DNA of 64,000 nucleotides from positions 64,001 to 128,000 of the IMG/VR virus record IMGVR_UViG_3300013936_000015, one strand, 5' to 3'. Under the pieces are notes generated by a model that worked only from the letters and a program-made list of their open reading frames with translations, ran no database searches and was not told the DNA's origin. The stretch is from a virus. Lineage: Duplodnaviria > Caudoviricetes. This document shows, one piece after another, positions 60,532 through 64,000 of the stretch (its first letter is position 1; the number at the start of each line of letters is the position of its first letter). The translations under genes and the position numbers were made by a program.

Positions 60532-61017
60532 ATGATTGATCTTCAAAAAGAAGAAGCCCAACTGGTAGCACAGGGTGGGCATGTAGGCAGCACCTTTAGT
60601 GGTGCTGCAAACGTAGAGCCTGTAGAGGCTCTCCAGAAGGGTGACAAGTTCACCCTTCCTAATGTTGAAGACTTTAAGGTCTTCAACCAACCAGTTACTG
60701 GAACTACCCAGATGTATCAATACCTCTGGGTGGAAATAACTGACTCCAAGGGAAAAATTTCCCGAAAGCAGATTTCGGGAAATACCTTTGGCAGAAAGGT
60801 CCGCCTCTATGATGAGGTGGGCAATCAAACCACGGACACTGATGAGTGCCGTGGTACTGCTTCCGATGAGTATCGGAAGCACCCAACTAAGCAAGAGGCA
60901 ATGGCCTCTTTAGCTGGGAAGAGTTTCATTGTAAAGGACGCATGGCAGGCCAAAACGCGTTCTTACAACGAACAACCATACCGTGAGGTATGGCTCTATG
61001 ACATTGATATTGCTTAA
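60532..61017 (+). CDS. Hypothetical early protein (beta-rich, possibly OB-fold)
   Basis: 161-aa TAG-free ORF with many CAA/CAG codons. Confidence 0.7.
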   Translation: MIDLQKEEAQLVAQGGHVGSTFSGAANVEPVEALQKGDKFTLPNVEDFKVFNQPVTGTTQMYQYLWVEITDSKGKISRKQISGNTFGRKVRLYDEVGNQTTDTDECRGTASDEYRKHPTKQEAMASLAGKSFIVKDAWQAKTRSYNEQPYREVWLYDIDIA

Positions 61018-61045
61018 TCAATGACAGGGGGTGAGAATCCCCCAT

Positions 61046-61091
61046 TCTCCTTACTGGTGTATTGATATAGGTTCGATTCCTATAAGGAGAA
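61046..61091 (+). ncRNA. Anticodon-less tRNA-like element 1
   Basis: tctcct/aggaga stem, tatagg-TTCGATT-cctata arm, TGGT linker. Confidence 0.7.
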
Positions 61092-61168
61092 CTTCATTTT
61101 TCGTTTTTTATATCGTAGTTGTCGTGAGATAATTACGATACCTCTTTCCCCACAGCGGTGGGGTTTTT

Positions 61169-61212
61169 GGGCTTTATGGTACATAGACATAGTTCGATTC
61201 TATGTAAGCCCT
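61169..61212 (+). ncRNA. Anticodon-less tRNA-like element 2
   Basis: gggctt/aagccc stem, acatag-TTCGATT-ctatgt arm, TGGT linker. Confidence 0.7.
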
Positions 61213-61241
61213 CTAAGTATTAACAATTAAAAACAAACACT

Positions 61242-61475
61242 ATGAAAGAAATGATAATTATGCTTAGTGGAGATAAAAAAATTTATCTTACCGAAATACA
61301 TTCCAAATTTTCATTTGGGATGTATAAAGATACAAAATTTGCGATCACCAACAAACTTTTGAACAAGTTGTTGAAGATGAACGCTGCTGAAAGAAATACC
61401 CTTCCTTTCCGATTGGAAAAAGATGAAAACCAGCCATATCTATGGCTGGAAGCACAGATATTTTCCCGTTTCTAA
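61242..61475 (+). CDS. Hypothetical early protein
   Basis: Preceded by the leader attaacaattaaaaacaaacact. Confidence 0.6.
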   Translation: MKEMIIMLSGDKKIYLTEIHSKFSFGMYKDTKFAITNKLLNKLLKMNAAERNTLPFRLEKDENQPYLWLEAQIFSRF

Positions 61476-61476
61476 A

Positions 61477-61605
61477 ATGGGAAGATATATAGCAAAAATA
61501 GACGGGGAACTATTCCCCGTCTTTTCTCACTTTGGTGAAAGTCTGTATGACTTTTACCAAAGAATTAATAAAAATAAAAAAATAAAAATAGGATTAAAAC
61601 AATGA
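61477..61605 (+). CDS. Small hypothetical protein
   Basis: ATG just after the previous stop; ATGA overlap with the next gene. Confidence 0.45.
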   Translation: MGRYIAKIDGELFPVFSHFGESLYDFYQRINKNKKIKIGLKQ

Positions 61606-61784
61606 AATATTTAATAAGGTTCATAAAGCGGCTGGATTTTTATTCAGCCTCTCTGCTCCTATTTGTTTTAATAGGAGCATTCCTAAGCGTGTTTGTATGG
61701 AAATGCGAATTTTTTGCCGTATGTTTTACGGCATTGAGTGTGCTATTCCTCATAATTATCAATACAGATATATTTGGGGAATAA
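61602..61784 (+). CDS. Small two-TM membrane protein
   Basis: Two hydrophobic helices. Confidence 0.55.
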   Translation: MKYLIRFIKRLDFYSASLLLFVLIGAFLSVFVWKCEFFAVCFTALSVLFLIIINTDIFGE

Positions 61785-61822
61785 TATGAAAAGCTGTCGT
61801 GTTGTGAAATACGGCAGCTTAT

Positions 61823-61865
61823 AGGCTTCATGGTGTATAATGTGGTTCGATTCCACATAAGCCTA
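61823..61865 (+). ncRNA. Anticodon-less tRNA-like element 3
   Basis: aggctt/aagcct stem, atgtgg-TTCGATT-ccacat arm, TGGT linker. Confidence 0.7.
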
Positions 61866-61895
61866 CTGATTATTAACAATTTAAAAGCAAACATT

Positions 61896-62312
61896 ATGAG
61901 AACTGAAATGAAGAAATTAGTGATTGAAAGTCTGAAAAACAGCAAGAAGTTTGTTAACAGACTTTCTATGTACCTCAGCGATGAGGCACTGGAGGCACTT
62001 GTTTGTGGAATGCCCCAAACGGCGAGAATTAAAGATATGAAAACATATCTTGCAAAATACTCCACGAACAATCATGTAATCATAAATGCCGAAGTTGATT
62101 ACGTGAACATTGCTCAGGTATGGGTGAAGGAAGAATACACGAGAATAGTGTATGTTTCCAGTGAAGAAAATAAGAAAAAAATCGAAGCTGGGGAGTACGC
62201 ACTCATCAGTGGAGAGAAATCTGATGAGTATCCTATAAAGGCTACTCAAACATTTCATAGCAGTCGGTCCTTCGATCTGGATGACCCAGAAATAGAGGTC
62301 ATCTATTACTAA
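61896..62312 (+). CDS. Hypothetical early protein
   Basis: ATG after the leader attaacaatttaaaagcaaacatt; terminator downstream. Confidence 0.65.
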   Translation: MRTEMKKLVIESLKNSKKFVNRLSMYLSDEALEALVCGMPQTARIKDMKTYLAKYSTNNHVIINAEVDYVNIAQVWVKEEYTRIVYVSSEENKKKIEAGEYALISGEKSDEYPIKATQTFHSSRSFDLDDPEIEVIYY

Positions 62313-62316
62313 AATA

Positions 62317-62349
62317 AAAGCACTCGGGAGAAATCCCGAGTGTTTTTAT
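62317..62349 (+). terminator. Intrinsic terminator
   Basis: cactcggga-gaaa-tcccgagtg followed by ttttt. Confidence 0.8.
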
Positions 62350-62409
62350 TAATAATACCACTGTTTATAACAATGAAGTATTATGGACGTTGTTATGGTT
62401 TAATAGTTG

Positions 62410-62512
62410 GTTGTGGTTTGATGTAGGAACAAGACGACAAACAACTATTATATTATATATCTTATCTATATTATTAGTTGTGGTTTGATGTAGGAACAAG
62501 ACGACAAACAAC
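62410..62512. CRISPR. Cas-less CRISPR mini-array: two identical 36-nt repeats and one 31-nt spacer
   Basis: Repeat GTTGTGGTTTGATGTAGGAACAAGACGACAAACAAC at 62410-62445 and 62477-62512, with GTTGT/ACAAC complementary ends. Confidence 0.75.
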
Positions 62513-62606
62513 GAAAAGTATTTAAATAGTCAATAAACTAATTATGGATGTTAACCCTAATTTTGAAAAATAATTCAGAAGTATTTTGGATTTAAATATA
62601 ATATCT

Positions 62607-62906
62607 ATGAAAATAAAAAAAGGTGAAATTGTTGAAACTACTGTCAGTAGTATTCAATGTAAAATGCTGATATTATATGTATTCCCTACTCCTACCATCA
62701 TAAAACTTGGTAAATCAGAAGCGGCAGTATATAAATACATAGTCTTCACTAACTCCCAAATATGGCTTGTAAAGAAAATCATCTATAGAAAAAGAAATTC
62801 ACAAAAAGAATCTCCTATATATGATGATGCATATAATACCATGTGGGAAAAAGAAGATACCATCTGTAATAATTGTATTCTACCAGACATATTCATAAAT
62901 ATGTAA
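62607..62906 (+). CDS. Hypothetical protein
   Basis: Open frame only. Confidence 0.4.
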   Translation: MKIKKGEIVETTVSSIQCKMLILYVFPTPTIIKLGKSEAAVYKYIVFTNSQIWLVKKIIYRKRNSQKESPIYDDAYNTMWEKEDTICNNCILPDIFINM

Positions 62907-63728
62907 ATTTGTATAAATTACAATCCTCTAAAATGTGGTATATATAAAAGGTACGCGCGTACATTATATATATAGAGAAAAATAAATTAAAAAACTCTAT
63001 CATGTGAAAAAGTTTTCCCAGAAAACTCAAACACACAAAAAAGTTTTAGGATTTCCAAAATCAAAAAACTCAAATGTGAAAAAATGTTAACACATGAGAA
63101 CTACACATATGTAGGATGCATTAGAATACATTAAAGGTATACAGAGAATTTACATTATATTAAAAAATACAAGGAAAGAATGAAAAGAATATAATAAAAC
63201 ATACTAAAAGAAGACTGAAAAGGCCCGAAAATGAATATAAGACCCCATTTCAAAATGTCAACTTAAAATGCAATAACAGCAAAAAATGACATTTCAAAAT
63301 AAGTAAGACGATAAAAAAAGTATTCAAATAGTGAATAAAATAATAAAAATATACTAACATTGAAAAATGACGACAGCAGAAGATAACATAGAAGGGTGTA
63401 ATGAGGAAAAGAGTAGTACTCTCCCCCCACAAAACCACCTAAAAATCCTCATATAGGTGTTTTTTAGGGTTAGGAAAAATCTTCCCACTTTGTCAAAAAT
63501 TTTTTTTCAAAAATTCGGTAAATTTTATTTTTTTATTTTTCACTATTATGTATTTCTTTTTTTCTTTTATTTTATTTTCATTTAGTTTTCTTTTTCATTT
63601 AAAAAATCCTATTTTTTGATATTATCATTACTTATATTTTGCATTATTGCATTAGTGTATATAATTATTTATATTTAGGGTTATTTACTTGTTTTTTATT
63701 TTTTTTTTGAATTACAAAAATCAGTTAT

Positions 63729-64000
63729 ATGAAGAAATTTGATGTTCGCATTCAGATTGTTTTTTTAAACGAATTGAAGAGCAGTTTTCAGATTTTCACT
63801 AGGGATGAGTTACTGAGTGAGTTTAGGCGTGTTGGTATACCTTGTAATCAAATCTTTTGGAGTGTTTTTCGCAACTCTGGATTGATTATTGAAGTATTAC
63901 CAAATACGTATAAATTCACCAATCCGGGTAAACCGATATATTTTCGTATTTTGGATCGAATTTATCAAAAATATCGTGAAAAAATAGAAATTTACCAACA
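63729..64000 (+). CDS. Hypothetical protein, truncated by the window end
   Basis: MKKFDVRIQIVFLNELK.. open to the end of the window. Confidence 0.6.
   Translation, partial: MKKFDVRIQIVFLNELKSSFQIFTRDELLSEFRRVGIPCNQIFWSVFRNSGLIIEVLPNTYKFTNPGKPIYFRILDRIYQKYREKIEIYQ

Noticed and set aside
60824-60833. 10-nt complement of the CRISPR repeat as a tracrRNA anti-repeat
   Set aside because: Too short and inside a coding region; expected by chance.
61046-61865. Mini-tRNA elements as true tRNA genes or att-site tRNA fragments
   Set aside because: No anticodon arm, and no integrase in the window; each has its own complementary 5' stem, unlike a 3' tRNA remnant.

Overview
About 64 kb of a crAss-like (Crassvirales) phage genome, probably infecting a Bacteroidota host. 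The ORF track looks shattered because most late genes read TAG as a sense codon. Conserved-motif positions and a Gln-type tRNA with a CUA anticodon at 57210-57281 point to glutamine (code 15). With TAG read as Gln, 1-48346 (minus strand) tiles into a dense virion module: cargo/ejection-type proteins, tail stabilization and ring proteins, a major capsid gene split by a group I intron carrying a GIY-YIG homing endonuclease, a diversity-generating retroelement (RT, TR, VR) targeting a fiber tip, a run of fiber genes, portal, terminase, an intein-containing PD-(D/E)XK nuclease and a holin. 48407-56561 (plus strand) holds modular effector-like genes, including an ADP-ribosyltransferase-like domain, an HNH nuclease and a two-domain lysin. 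After a Rep-like gene, 59.3-64 kb is a compositionally distinct, probably early region in which TAG appears to remain a stop. The most unusual signals are: three anticodon-less mini-tRNAs between early genes; a cas-less one-spacer CRISPR mini-array; an in-frame TAG codon inside the DGR template; a recurrent K/Y/F-x-Q/K-x-G-G peptide tag at the ends and module joints of cargo proteins; and a plug-and-socket motif pattern linking consecutive fiber genes. Gene boundaries were derived by hand using TAG read-through. Product names come from remembered motifs and synteny, not database searches.
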